From: an uncultured Candidatus Saccharibacteria bacterium
GTDB taxonomy: Bacteria > Patescibacteriota > Minisyncoccia > Phycocordibacterales > UBA12088
Direction of reading: 5' to 3'
Length of the DNA: 64,000 nt
Assembly (NCBI GenBank): GCA_964567265.1
Contig: CAZMLK010000003.1
Span: 7,800 to 71,799, forward strand
Positions 1 through 8,431 of this stretch are shown here, in pieces. Positions within the stretch are counted from its first letter, which is position 1; each line of letters opens with the position of its first letter. Below the pieces are notes generated by a model. The model was not told the DNA's origin, did not search any database, and saw only the letters and a list, made by a program, of their open reading frames with translations. Position numbers and translations under genes: made by a program.

Positions 1-1
1 C

Positions 2-136
2 GACTTCGTCGCGCTCCGTCCACAGGAAGCTTCTGCGCGCGTCGGAAGCGGACTCGTGCTCCAGTCGTACAAGGCCTCGAATGGCATGGTGTACCTCATC
101 AACGCCGTCCTCTTCCCGCCGGAGAAGAAGCTGTAG
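2..136 (+). CDS. 3' end of upstream gene; C-terminus resembles a fasciclin (FAS1) domain protein (…NGMVYLINAVLFPPEKKL*)
   Basis: In-frame translation of nt 2-133 with TAG at 134-136. The C-terminal motif G-x-hY-hID-x-VLhPP is typical of FAS1 domain ends. A hairpin follows immediately downstream. Confidence 0.35.
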   Translation, partial: DFVALRPQEASARVGSGLVLQSYKASNGMVYLINAVLFPPEKKL

Positions 137-155
137 GTTCAAAGAAACACATAAT

Positions 156-200
156 AAGACCACACCCGCGCCGTTTCGACGCGGGTGTGGTCTTATATGT
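156..200 (+). terminator. Stem-loop terminator of the upstream gene
   Basis: Perfect 14-bp inverted repeat AAGACCACACCCGC / GCGGGTGTGGTCTT with an 11-nt loop, 20 nt after the TAG stop. The downstream U-tract is weak (TCTTATAT). Confidence 0.5.
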
Positions 201-242
201 CCCGCCATTTGCGTTTTTCTGGCGTTCCAGTACCGTACGGGC

Positions 243-749
243 ATGAATACAGAAACACCCGAGGCTCCTGAGTCCAAGAGCAGCCGCCAGGCGGCGGAAC
301 GCCGCCAGCACATCCTTGCCGTCATCGGCATGATCGCGACCGTGGTTGGGGGTTACCTCCTCCTGCCGCTCGGGATCCAGGACCAGCTCCTCCGGCTCAT
401 AGACGCGATCGACTGGCCGCTCACCGTCCTCGTCCTCGCGTTCTTCTTTCAGCGGGTCCTGACCTACCTCTTCTTCTCGCTCGACTCGTACAATTTCTTC
501 GGCGCGAGCGGGACGCTGCGCCCGGTGGAGGACGTGATCGAGGAGCAGGTGGCGCTCCGTATCCGCCAGGCGAAGGAGCGGGAAGAGAAGGAGCGCCTCT
601 TTGCCGAGTATCAGGAGATCCCTCCCGAGATCGTCGAATACATGAACCTCCAGGAAGAGACCATCAATGAACTCCGGGCAGAGCTCTCAGAATCGGCCCG
701 GGAGCGGTATCTGAAGCATCTGTCGGAAGAGGACCGGAAAAGGGATTAG
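243..749 (+). CDS. Hypothetical membrane protein (2 predicted TM helices, charged coiled-coil-like C-terminus)
   Basis: The ORF track has it as 81..749, but nt 81-242 overlap the terminator hairpin. The first in-frame ATG after the hairpin is at 243 (MNTETPEAP…). Hydrophobic stretches ILAVIGMIATVVGGYLLLPL and WPLTVLVLAFFFQRVLTYLFF; GC3-rich codons. Confidence 0.5.
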   Translation: MNTETPEAPESKSSRQAAERRQHILAVIGMIATVVGGYLLLPLGIQDQLLRLIDAIDWPLTVLVLAFFFQRVLTYLFFSLDSYNFFGASGTLRPVEDVIEEQVALRIRQAKEREEKERLFAEYQEIPPEIVEYMNLQEETINELRAELSESARERYLKHLSEEDRKRD

Positions 750-814
750 GAGGTCAGCAAAGAGTTGAAAAATTCCCAAACCCCTCTACTATGGGGACTG
801 TTGGTTTGAAATAC

Positions 815-899
815 GGGCACGTGGCGGAACTGGTATACGCGTACGCTTCAGAAGCGTATGGAGCAATCCTTGGAGGTTCAAGTCCTCTCGTGCCCACCA
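815..899 (+). tRNA. tRNA-Leu, anticodon CAG, class II with long variable arm, CCA encoded
   Basis: Acceptor stem GGGCACG / CGTGCCC; D-arm GGCGGAACTGGTATACGC (close to the E. coli tRNA-Leu D-arm); anticodon stem TACGC/GCGTA with loop TTCAGAA (anticodon CAG); extra arm GGAGCAATCC; T-arm GGAGG-TTCAAGT-CCTCT; 3' ACCA. Confidence 0.85.
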
Positions 900-1088
900 T
901 TGAGCGAAGCGAAATTTGAGACACAAGAGGACTTGAAAGCCTTTCGGAAACCTCCGGGGGAGGTTCCAAAAAGGCGGGGTCGCGAGCCCTGGCCGCTTGC
1001 GGCGCAGGGACTTGTGACCAAGTCCGCCCCGAACAAACCGAAAAGGTATACTGGTCCTGTAGGACCAAATCCCTCTCAATATTAAATT

Positions 1089-1856
1089 ATGATCGGCGTC
1101 TTTGATTCAGGAATGGGAGGGCTCACGGTCCTCTGCGCGCTTCGCGCGCGGGCACCGGATGCGGACGTCGTCTATTTCGGCGATACCAAGAACGCTCCGT
1201 ACGGCAACAAATCACGTGAGGAATTGTCGGCACTGACTGCGCGCGGATTCCACACGCTCCAGTCTGCGGGTGCTACGAATTTCGTGAGCGCCTGCAATAG
1301 CGTCTCGGCTTCGGTGACCGAGCGTCTCTTGAAGCCGCTCGGTATCCTTCCCGAGGATGTGATCGAGATGTCGCATCCGACGGTCGCCCATTTCCAAAAG
1401 CATGCCGTCGCGAACATCCTCCTTGTGGCGACGAATGCGACGATACAATCCGGCATGTACCAGCAAGGTTTCGATTCGATCGGGATCGAAATCAGCACGC
1501 TCGCGATCCCGGAGCTCGCGGGTGCGGTTGAGGTAGGGAAGCCGGACGCTGAGATCGAGGAGATCATCCGCGCCGCCTTCGGCGGCGCGGATGTGCCTCC
1601 CTTCGACACGCTCATCCTCGGCTGCACGCATTTCCCGCTGGTCACCGGCGTTTTCAATGCGGTACTTTCTGAGAAAAAGAGGGAGGTCGAGGTGTTTGAT
1701 CCGGCGGAGCCGGTCGCCGCTGAAGCGCTGAAGCGCTTCAGCGGCGAGGGCTCAGGAATCCTCCGCTTTCTCATCTCAAAGGACTCTGAATCCTTCCGAA
1801 ATCGCGTAGGGTCGCTTTTTCCAGAAAACACGTATACGATTGAGGTCATCGTATGA
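1089..1856 (+). CDS. murI: Glutamate racemase
   Basis: N-terminal GVFDSGMGGLTV motif, FGDTKNAPYG, the conserved Cys-containing motif (ACNSVSA) and ILGCTHFPL. 255 aa. 4-nt ATGA overlap with murD. Confidence 0.9.
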   Translation: MIGVFDSGMGGLTVLCALRARAPDADVVYFGDTKNAPYGNKSREELSALTARGFHTLQSAGATNFVSACNSVSASVTERLLKPLGILPEDVIEMSHPTVAHFQKHAVANILLVATNATIQSGMYQQGFDSIGIEISTLAIPELAGAVEVGKPDAEIEEIIRAAFGGADVPPFDTLILGCTHFPLVTGVFNAVLSEKKREVEVFDPAEPVAAEALKRFSGEGSGILRFLISKDSESFRNRVGSLFPENTYTIEVIV

Positions 1857-3193
1857 CCGCGCATACCACCAGCTGGCATTCATATTTCAAGGGCAAGAAA
1901 ATCACCGTCATGGGACTGGGACTCCTTGGCCGTGGGGTGGGGGATATCCGCTTCCTTGCCGAGATGGGCGCCAAGGTGCTCGTCACGGACCTGAAGTCGA
2001 AGGAGGCGCTCGCATCCTCCATCAAGGAGCTCAAGGAATTCAAGAATGTGAAATACGTGCTCGGGCAACATCGTCTCGAGGACTTCCAGCACTGCGACTT
2101 GGTCCTGAAGGCCGCGGGCGTCCCCTTGAATTCCCCCTACATCCGCGAAGCGGAAACGCACGGCATTCCCGTCGTCATGTCGACGGCGCTCTTCGCGAAG
2201 CTCTCTGGCGTCGCGACGGTGGGCGTCACCGGCACGCGCGGCAAATCGACGACGACCCATCTCATCTACGAGATCCTCAAGCATGCAGGCATGGATGCGC
2301 TTCTTGGCGGCAATGTGAAAGGCGTCTCGACGCTGGCGCAGCTCCACGATGTAGGGAAAGACACCATCGCGGTCCTCGAGCTCGATTCATGGCAGCTCCA
2401 GGGGTTCGGGACGGAAGGCCTGAGCCCGAATGTCTCGGTATTCACGACCTTTTATCCTGATCACCTCAACTACTACGACGGCGACCTTGACCAGTATCTC
2501 GACGACAAGGCACAGATATTTTTGCACCAGACACCTGAAGATACGCTCATTGTCGGGGAGCAGTGCGAGAGCATCATCCAGAAAAAATACGGCAAGAAGA
2601 TCCAGTCACGGGTCGTCGTCGCGAAGGCAAGCGCGCTTCCGAAATCATGGAAGATCAATATCCCGGGCAAGCATAACCGCGCGAATATTGCATGCGCGGT
2701 CGCCGCGGCGCGAGCGCTCGGCGTCGATGATTCCGTCATCCAGGAAGCCGTCGAGGCGTACAAAGGAGTCTCCGGCCGCCTCGAGCTCGTGAAGGAGTCG
2801 AACGGCGTGAAGATCTACAACGATACGACCGCGACGACCCCCGAGGCGACCCTGGTCGCCATCAAGGCGCTCAGCGAGGAAGGGAAGAAGAACATCGTTC
2901 TCATCATGGGCGGCGCGGACAAGGGTCTCAACATGTCCGAGCTTCTCCAGGAAGTGCAGGAGCGATGCAAGAAAGTGATCCTGCTCGCGGGAACGGGAAC
3001 CGACAACCTGAAGATGGCATTCCCGGCTTCGACCATATACGAGGCGCTCGAGCCTGCAGTCCTCGATGCGTTCGCGTCTGCAACTTCTGGCGACGCCATC
3101 CTCTTCTCTCCCGGATTCGCCTCCTTCGGCATGTTCAAGAATGAATTCGACCGTGGCGATCAGTTCATCGCAATCGTCTCGAGTTTGAAATAA
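1853..3193 (+). CDS. murD: UDP-N-acetylmuramoylalanine--D-glutamate ligase
   Basis: ITVMGLGLLGRGV Rossmann start; GVTGTRGKSTTT P-loop; Mur ligase central and C-terminal motifs (DSWQL, NDTTATTPEAT). SD GAGGT 6 nt before the ATG. 446 aa. Confidence 0.9.
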   Translation: MTAHTTSWHSYFKGKKITVMGLGLLGRGVGDIRFLAEMGAKVLVTDLKSKEALASSIKELKEFKNVKYVLGQHRLEDFQHCDLVLKAAGVPLNSPYIREAETHGIPVVMSTALFAKLSGVATVGVTGTRGKSTTTHLIYEILKHAGMDALLGGNVKGVSTLAQLHDVGKDTIAVLELDSWQLQGFGTEGLSPNVSVFTTFYPDHLNYYDGDLDQYLDDKAQIFLHQTPEDTLIVGEQCESIIQKKYGKKIQSRVVVAKASALPKSWKINIPGKHNRANIACAVAAARALGVDDSVIQEAVEAYKGVSGRLELVKESNGVKIYNDTTATTPEATLVAIKALSEEGKKNIVLIMGGADKGLNMSELLQEVQERCKKVILLAGTGTDNLKMAFPASTIYEALEPAVLDAFASATSGDAILFSPGFASFGMFKNEFDRGDQFIAIVSSLK

Positions 3194-3222
3194 AAAAGAA
3201 GCCCCGTGTTCGGGACTTCTGA
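3191..3222. terminator. Bidirectional hairpin terminator between murD and the minus-strand small ORF
   Basis: GAAGCCCCG-tgtt-CGGGACTTC stem-loop at 3198-3219. On the minus strand it is followed by TTTTTTATTTC (classic intrinsic terminator); on the plus strand it is preceded by an A-run. Confidence 0.6.
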
Positions 3223-3246
3223 GTGGCCGTCATTATATCGACGGCA

Positions 3247-3462
3247 TTAATCGGCGTGGGGACCATCGTCCTGCGTTGCGCGAATTTCGGCGAGCGTGAG
3301 GCCAGTGGCCACGTTGCCAGGATAGGTTGGTACTGATGGAACCTGCGGCTGTGCGCCATTACCATTCCATCTTTTGATGTGGGGCATGTGCGGACAGTAG
3401 CAGGATGCCGTCGAGTAGCCGTCGCAGGTGCACGTGTCGTGCGTGATGGGGCAGTTGGCCAT
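3247..3462 (-). CDS. Small Cys/His-rich protein, 71 aa (MANCPITHDTCTCDGYSTASCYCPHMPH…), function unknown; metal-binding or RiPP-precursor-like
   Basis: ATG with AAGGAA SD 9 nt upstream. Strong GC3 bias (GCC AAC TGC CCC ATC ACG CAC GAC…). TAA stop followed by its own U-tract terminator. Motif C-x5-C-x-C-x8-C-x-C-x-H-x2-H. Sits antisense between murD and murC. Confidence 0.5.
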   Translation of the reverse strand: MANCPITHDTCTCDGYSTASCYCPHMPHIKRWNGNGAQPQVPSVPTYPGNVATGLTLAEIRATQDDGPHAD

Positions 3463-3552
3463 GTGACTATTCCTTTCATGAAGAGTCTCTGGTTGAGAAC
3501 AATACGCCGGTCTGTTCAGATGTCAACCCGGATGGTACCCTTGTTTTTACCT

Positions 3553-4839
3553 ATGGCATCAAAAATCCACTTCATTGGCATTGGCGGCATCGGCATGAGC
3601 GCCCTCGCACAGCTGTATGCCCATGAAGGCAGGACGGTGACCGGCTCCGACCGCGACCCGAGTCCGAAGATCCACGATGTCCTCGCTGAGAAGGGAATCA
3701 CAGTCATGGTGGGCCAGCAGGCCTCCAATGTTCCTGAAGATGCCGATCTCGTGGTCTACAGCGATGCAGTCGTCGAAGGCTCGGAAGGATATGCCGAGCG
3801 GCTCCGTGCGCGCGAGCTTGGTATTCGCGAGCAATCGTATTTCGAAGCGCTCGGCGGTGTCTCGAAGGGGAAGCGTACCGTCGCGATCTCGGGCACGCAC
3901 GGGAAGACCACGACCACCGGCATGATCGCCAAGATGCTCATCAATGCGGGCGCGAAGCCGACCGTGATCGTGGGCTCCATCATGAAGGACTTCGGCTCCA
4001 ACTTCGTCGCAGGGGAGAGCGACATCTTCGTCGTCGAGGCATGCGAGTATCGCGGCCACCTGCTTCACTTCGCACCCGAGGTCATGGTCATCACGAATCT
4101 CGAATGGGACCACACGGACTTCTTTCCAGATTTGAAATCGATTCAAACTGTTTTTCACGAAGCCGCCGAAAATGTCGTCGCGGGCGGAGTCATTGTCGCC
4201 GACCCGAAAAGCGAAACGGTCGCGCCGGTGCTCGAAGGGCTTTCTGCGCGCATCCTCGACTACACGCTCGAGACCGTTCCCGAGCTTCCTTTGATCGGTG
4301 CGTTCAATCGCGAGAATGCCGCCGCCGCGCTCGTGGGCGCGAAGGCGATCTTTCCCGCGCTCAGTGTCGAATCGGCGAATGCGTCCCTTGCAGCATTCCA
4401 GGGTTCATGGCGCCGATTCGAATCGAAGGGCACCAGCAAGAACGGCGCGCTCATCTTCGACGATTACGCGCATCATCCGACCGCGGTCAGGAAGACCATC
4501 GAAGGCGCACGCGACAAATTTCCAGACAAGAAGATCATCGTCGCCTTCCATCCGCATCTCTACTCGCGCACCCGCGATCTCATGGAGGATTTCGCCGCAG
4601 CATTCGACCATGCCGACCAGGTGATCCTGGCGCCGATCTACGCAGCACGTGAGGAACCGATCGAAGGCGTTACCAGTGATGCGCTCGCGGAAAAAATCAA
4701 AGCGCGTGGAGTGGATGCTGCTGCGCTCCATTCGTTTGATGAAATCGAAGCCAAGCTCGCCAAGGCCGGACCCGACGACCTCATCATCACCATGGGCGCC
4801 GGCGATATCTACAAGGTGGGGGAGTCGCTGACGAAGTAG
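3553..4839 (+). CDS. murC: UDP-N-acetylmuramate--L-alanine ligase
   Basis: MASKIHFIGIGGIGMSALA start, GSDR motif, ISGTHGKTTTT P-loop, DDYAHHPT C-terminal motif. The ORF track start at 3379 is an upstream extension across the intergenic region; the real ATG is at 3553. 428 aa. Confidence 0.9.
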   Translation: MASKIHFIGIGGIGMSALAQLYAHEGRTVTGSDRDPSPKIHDVLAEKGITVMVGQQASNVPEDADLVVYSDAVVEGSEGYAERLRARELGIREQSYFEALGGVSKGKRTVAISGTHGKTTTTGMIAKMLINAGAKPTVIVGSIMKDFGSNFVAGESDIFVVEACEYRGHLLHFAPEVMVITNLEWDHTDFFPDLKSIQTVFHEAAENVVAGGVIVADPKSETVAPVLEGLSARILDYTLETVPELPLIGAFNRENAAAALVGAKAIFPALSVESANASLAAFQGSWRRFESKGTSKNGALIFDDYAHHPTAVRKTIEGARDKFPDKKIIVAFHPHLYSRTRDLMEDFAAAFDHADQVILAPIYAAREEPIEGVTSDALAEKIKARGVDAAALHSFDEIEAKLAKAGPDDLIITMGAGDIYKVGESLTK

Positions 4840-4857
4840 TTTCAAAAATAAAAAAGT

Positions 4858-4890
4858 ACGGGCGGGAGCAATGCTCCCGCCCGTTTTGCT
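4858..4890. terminator. Bidirectional intrinsic terminator (murC on +, 4889..5350 gene on -)
   Basis: ACGGGCGGGAGC-aatg-CTCCCGCCCGT perfect 12-bp stem. TTTTG follows on the plus strand and TTTTTTATTTTT follows on the minus strand. The minus-gene stop lies at the hairpin edge. Confidence 0.7.
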
Positions 4891-5350
4891 AATCCTCGAT
4901 TTTCCGTAGGTCCCGGACGATCTGCGCGTACAGCCGCATATGCCCGCGCTGTTTGGCCATGCGATTCACGAACACGTTCCTGATATCGGCCGCAGCCTTT
5001 GCCACACCTGTACGGTACTGCATCTCGCTGAAGGGGTCGACGGCGAAGAACTCGGAGAACTTTTCCTGGTGCGGCTTCGCGCCCAGATTCACGATCCAGG
5101 CAACCTTGATGAGCTCGCCAATACCTTCATCGTCGAGGCGAAAACTGATCTGGATGACCTCGATTGCATCGCTGACTTGCGCGAATCGCGCATGCAAGTC
5201 TTCGGTCATCCAACAGGCGCGCTTCAGGGCGGCCTGCGAAGCAATTGCCGAGCATCCGTCACCCACTTTGAAATTCGTATTCAAACCGAATCGCATCTGC
5301 ATCACTCCTCGGCCCCAGGGCCCGCGGAATGCCACCAGTGGCCATTCCAA
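4889..5350 (-). CDS. Hypothetical all-helical protein (~135-153 aa), possibly a ferritin-like/DinB-like four-helix bundle; downstream partner of the HTTM/DCC gene
   Basis: Coding-like GC3. Helical heptad-like sequence with conserved-looking E/H positions (EDLHARF, HQEKFSEFF, RGHMRLYAQ). Start uncertain (internal Met at MQMRF, ~5302). The overlapping plus-strand ORFs are rejected. Confidence 0.45.
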   Translation of the reverse strand: MEWPLVAFRGPWGRGVMQMRFGLNTNFKVGDGCSAIASQAALKRACWMTEDLHARFAQVSDAIEVIQISFRLDDEGIGELIKVAWIVNLGAKPHQEKFSEFFAVDPFSEMQYRTGVAKAAADIRNVFVNRMAKQRGHMRLYAQIVRDLRKIED

Positions 5351-5385
5351 GAGGGAGTATACCTATCAGGCGGAGGGGCGCAACC

Positions 5386-7206
5386 CTAGAAAGCGTCGCA
5401 CTGCTGGTCGTAGACGTTCATCGGCACGATCGGCGCGGTGGTGTAGTTCTCGAGCGTCGTCTCGAGCATGAAGGTCATGTTGATGGAGACGAGGTGCTTG
5501 CCGCCTGCGTGCGTGTCATTCCAGCGCTTGCAGAGATACTCAGTAAAGTAGTGGCGGTACGGATAGTAGTCACGGCCCCAGATGTTCATGAGGTATTTCC
5601 GCCAGCGCTCATTCGGATAGAGCGCGGAGACATTGGCAGGCTTGTCGATCGTCGGGAGCGGCTTCGAGGGGTCGAAGATGTTGATGACCTGGCCGTCGGC
5701 GAGCGTCCCTGAGATCGCGTACCAGCCGTCTTCACGAAGCGGGGACGGAGCGAACATGTTCCAGCGCTGGTCGATGCCGAGCTTCTGGATGATCGGCGTG
5801 TATTCAGGTGGCAGCTGGGGATGGAAGCGCGCGGTCGGGAGGTTGGAATAGTTCCAGGTCGCGATCGCGGCGATGTAGGTGATGCCCGCGACGGTGCTCA
5901 CGCTCATGAGCGTGCGGCGGACCGAGAGCGGAAGATTGAAACGCGACGGCGCGGAGGGAATGCAGACGCGGCTCCGGTGATTGGCGACGAAGCGGTAGAC
6001 GCGGTTGCCGACACCGTGCGCGAATGGAAGATTGAAGAAGGGAACAAAAATAAAGAAGAGCGGCGAGGCGCGCATGATGGCGAGCCCGGCGTCATATGCG
6101 TAGGTCTGGTTGCCGTGGCGGTCGACGATGACCCATGAATCACGCTTCTCCATTTCCGCATAGATCTCAGGCCGTTCCTGCGCGGTCCGGATCTCGGTAT
6201 TCGGAAGGAGCGCGAAGATGCGGAGCAGGTATACCGACTTCTTGCAGAAACCGCAGTCGCCGTCGTAGTACAGCGTGAGCCCGCCGAACTTCTTCGCGAG
6301 GAGCGCGGTCACGAAATCCCAGAGCTTGGTGGGGATGAACGCGGAGAGCGCGGTGATGGAGATCCATGAGAACGGACCGAGGTTCATATGGATGCCGAAG
6401 GAGAAGTGCATGAACATGAGCGCGAGCATCGCGAGCGTGCGGAGGGGGAAGGTGAAGAACGGCGCGAAGAGCAGGTAGATCGCCGACTTCTGGAGATAGA
6501 GGACGCTGAAGGTGAGGAACGACATGAACGCCGGGAACTGCCGCGTGAATTCCCCGATCGGCGTCGTGAACTGGTCGAGCGAAAGCGCGAAGTAGACGCC
6601 GGTGCCGTTCGTGGTCCACTCGGCACCGGTCTTCTCGAATCCGGCGAAGAAATAGATGAACGAGACTTGGATGAGGAATGCCGCGGTCCATGCGGAGAGG
6701 ATGCGGCGCGGCGCCTCAGTGAACTGGAGCGCGCGATCGACAGAGAACGCCGCGCCCCACGGCAGGAACATGCCGATGAAAAGGATGAGCCGGATGAGGA
6801 TGTCGCCGCCCTGGAGGACGAGCGGATTGAGGACTTCCATCGCGAACACGCACACGAAGACGATGACCGAGAAGAAACGGGTCCGCCAGCCGATCAAGAG
6901 GCAGGATGCGGAGAAGAGCCCGACCAGGAGGATGCAGAGCGGGAAGGCTGGGAAGGCAGTGGTCCACTGATAGAGGATCGGCCACGGCGTCTGCCACATC
7001 CCGTTCGTGATGATCTCGGGCGGAAAGACGCTGCCGACGCCCTGGAATGCGGTCAGATTAAGAAGGCGCTCGTAGAAGAAGTCGTAGAGCACGATGAGGG
7101 ATACGCCGACGCGCATGAGCGCGAGGGAGCGGGTGTCGATGCCGAAGAGCTCGTTGATCTTCGCGCGGACGCGCGGCTTCCAGTCGGCTTCAGTTGCGGG
7201 ATTCAT
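5386..7206 (-). CDS. Polytopic membrane protein with three regions: HTTM domain (vitamin-K-dependent gamma-carboxylase-like), DCC1-like thiol-disulfide oxidoreductase domain (DUF393), and a C-terminal soluble domain
   Basis: N-terminus LALMRVGVSLIVLYDFFYERL plus multiple TM helices matches the HTTM pattern. The central LTLYYDGDCGFCKKSVYLL is the DUF393 DxxCxxC signature. The C-terminal ~200 aa carries the QRWNMFAP motif often seen in HTTM proteins. 606 aa. Confidence 0.75.
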   Translation of the reverse strand: MNPATEADWKPRVRAKINELFGIDTRSLALMRVGVSLIVLYDFFYERLLNLTAFQGVGSVFPPEIITNGMWQTPWPILYQWTTAFPAFPLCILLVGLFSASCLLIGWRTRFFSVIVFVCVFAMEVLNPLVLQGGDILIRLILFIGMFLPWGAAFSVDRALQFTEAPRRILSAWTAAFLIQVSFIYFFAGFEKTGAEWTTNGTGVYFALSLDQFTTPIGEFTRQFPAFMSFLTFSVLYLQKSAIYLLFAPFFTFPLRTLAMLALMFMHFSFGIHMNLGPFSWISITALSAFIPTKLWDFVTALLAKKFGGLTLYYDGDCGFCKKSVYLLRIFALLPNTEIRTAQERPEIYAEMEKRDSWVIVDRHGNQTYAYDAGLAIMRASPLFFIFVPFFNLPFAHGVGNRVYRFVANHRSRVCIPSAPSRFNLPLSVRRTLMSVSTVAGITYIAAIATWNYSNLPTARFHPQLPPEYTPIIQKLGIDQRWNMFAPSPLREDGWYAISGTLADGQVINIFDPSKPLPTIDKPANVSALYPNERWRKYLMNIWGRDYYPYRHYFTEYLCKRWNDTHAGGKHLVSINMTFMLETTLENYTTAPIVPMNVYDQQCDAF

Positions 7207-7301
7207 TGAGGGCTATTTTAGCATCCTTCACTTATGCAAACCCAGCCGAGTTGCTCACGGTTCCTATTCACAGGAAGCGAAACGAATGGTATGGTTCGCG
7301 C

Positions 7302-7982
7302 ATGAGATTGTCCGTCGTCGCGACCCCGATCGGGAACATGGAAGACATCACGCTCCGGGCCATCCGGACGCTTATGGAAGCCGACCTCATCCTCTGCGAG
7401 GACACACGCGTGACCCGGAAGCTTCTCCAGCGCCACAATATCGAGACCGACACGATGAGCTATCACGAGCACTCCAAGCTCTCGAAGATCGAGAAGATTA
7501 TCGAGCTCCTCGAAGAAGGGAAGCATCTCGCGCTGGTGTCGGACGCCGGGACGCCGGCCATTTCCGACCCCGGTTCCTTCCTCATCGCCAAAGTGCGTGA
7601 GCACTTTGGCGATGCCCTCCCGATCGTCTCCATCCCCGGTCCCTCCGCGCTCGGCGCACTCCTCTCGATCGCGGGCGTCCCTGCCGACTCCTTCCTTTTC
7701 CTCGGATTCCTGCCGCACAAGAAAGGACGGGAAACGCTGTTCAAGGAAATCGCGGACACCGAACGCGCGATCCTTTTCTACGAATCGCCGCACCGCATCC
7801 TGAAGACGCTCGAATCGCTGAAGAAGCATATCGGCATGCGACGCGTCCATCTCGGCCGCGAGCTCACCAAGATGTTCGAGGAAGTCATTTCCGGGACGCC
7901 CGAAGAGCTCCTCCTCCATTTCATCGAGAAGCCCGACACCCTCCGCGGCGAGTTTGTGGTTTTGATAAGGCCCCTTAAGTAG
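7302..7982 (+). CDS. rsmI: 16S rRNA (cytidine1402-2'-O)-methyltransferase
   Basis: MRLSVVATPIGNMEDITLRAIRTL start, LCEDTRVTRKLL, GTPAISDPG, LLGFLPHKKGR. The ORF track start at 7194 overlaps the divergent gene; the real ATG is at 7302. Confidence 0.85.
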   Translation: MRLSVVATPIGNMEDITLRAIRTLMEADLILCEDTRVTRKLLQRHNIETDTMSYHEHSKLSKIEKIIELLEEGKHLALVSDAGTPAISDPGSFLIAKVREHFGDALPIVSIPGPSALGALLSIAGVPADSFLFLGFLPHKKGRETLFKEIADTERAILFYESPHRILKTLESLKKHIGMRRVHLGRELTKMFEEVISGTPEELLLHFIEKPDTLRGEFVVLIRPLK

Positions 7983-7996
7983 TATTCATTGTGAAT

Positions 7997-8335
7997 ATGA
8001 GCAATATAGATTCGATTCGCGTAAAAATTCTTGAGCTATGTTCTGAAGGGGAATACGGTTCGTGGGAATTTTGGTCGAGTGATGTAAAGAAGACCAAAGA
8101 TGAAGCGGAGGCGATTTTTCAAGCCCTCATAAGTCTTGTAAATGAAAAGAAAATTGAGCCAATGGAACACAAATTTCAAGGTCCTTATGATGTCGTTGAA
8201 TTGGATACCCTTCGCTTGAAGGAAGAACTTGCACGTTCTATGGAGCCAGACGTAGATCCAGATAGCTTTTATTGGTTCACTGCAACTGAAGCAGGTAAGG
8301 AAGAAGATTTAAAGAATCGTAGTGTTATAGCTTAG
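7997..8335 (+). CDS. Low-GC orphan hypothetical protein (~112 aa, acidic; SWEFWSSD motif)
   Basis: The ORF is ~40% GC against ~62% in flanking DNA. Contiguous open frame with ATG at 7997 (track start 7991 is GTG). No recognisable domain. Size and acidity are reminiscent of immunity-type proteins. Confidence 0.5.
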   Translation: MSNIDSIRVKILELCSEGEYGSWEFWSSDVKKTKDEAEAIFQALISLVNEKKIEPMEHKFQGPYDVVELDTLRLKEELARSMEPDVDPDSFYWFTATEAGKEEDLKNRSVIA

Positions 8336-8431
8336 ACTTCATCCCCCTGAGGTGGAGTGGTCAGACGTGCAGCCGCTTTTCGAACAGGGTATACTCTACC
8401 CATACCAGAGAGCCTGATTCCTCATATAGAT

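Noticed and set aside
81-749. N-terminal extensions of ORF-track entries (81, 3379, 7194, 13835, 14643, 21342, 27097, 46306, 49229, 53155, 56866, 60377)
   Set aside because: The extensions overlap upstream genes, terminator hairpins or divergent promoters. Internal ATGs with better context and conserved family N-termini were chosen instead.
4940-5471. Plus-strand ORFs of 149 and 172 aa overlapping the 4889..5350 minus-strand gene
   Set aside because: The minus-strand frame has better GC3 periodicity, shares the bidirectional terminator and is co-oriented with the HTTM gene.
6388-7209. 273-aa plus-strand ORF with very high charge
   Set aside because: Antisense to the HTTM/DCC gene. Low complexity (ERREER…); no start context.
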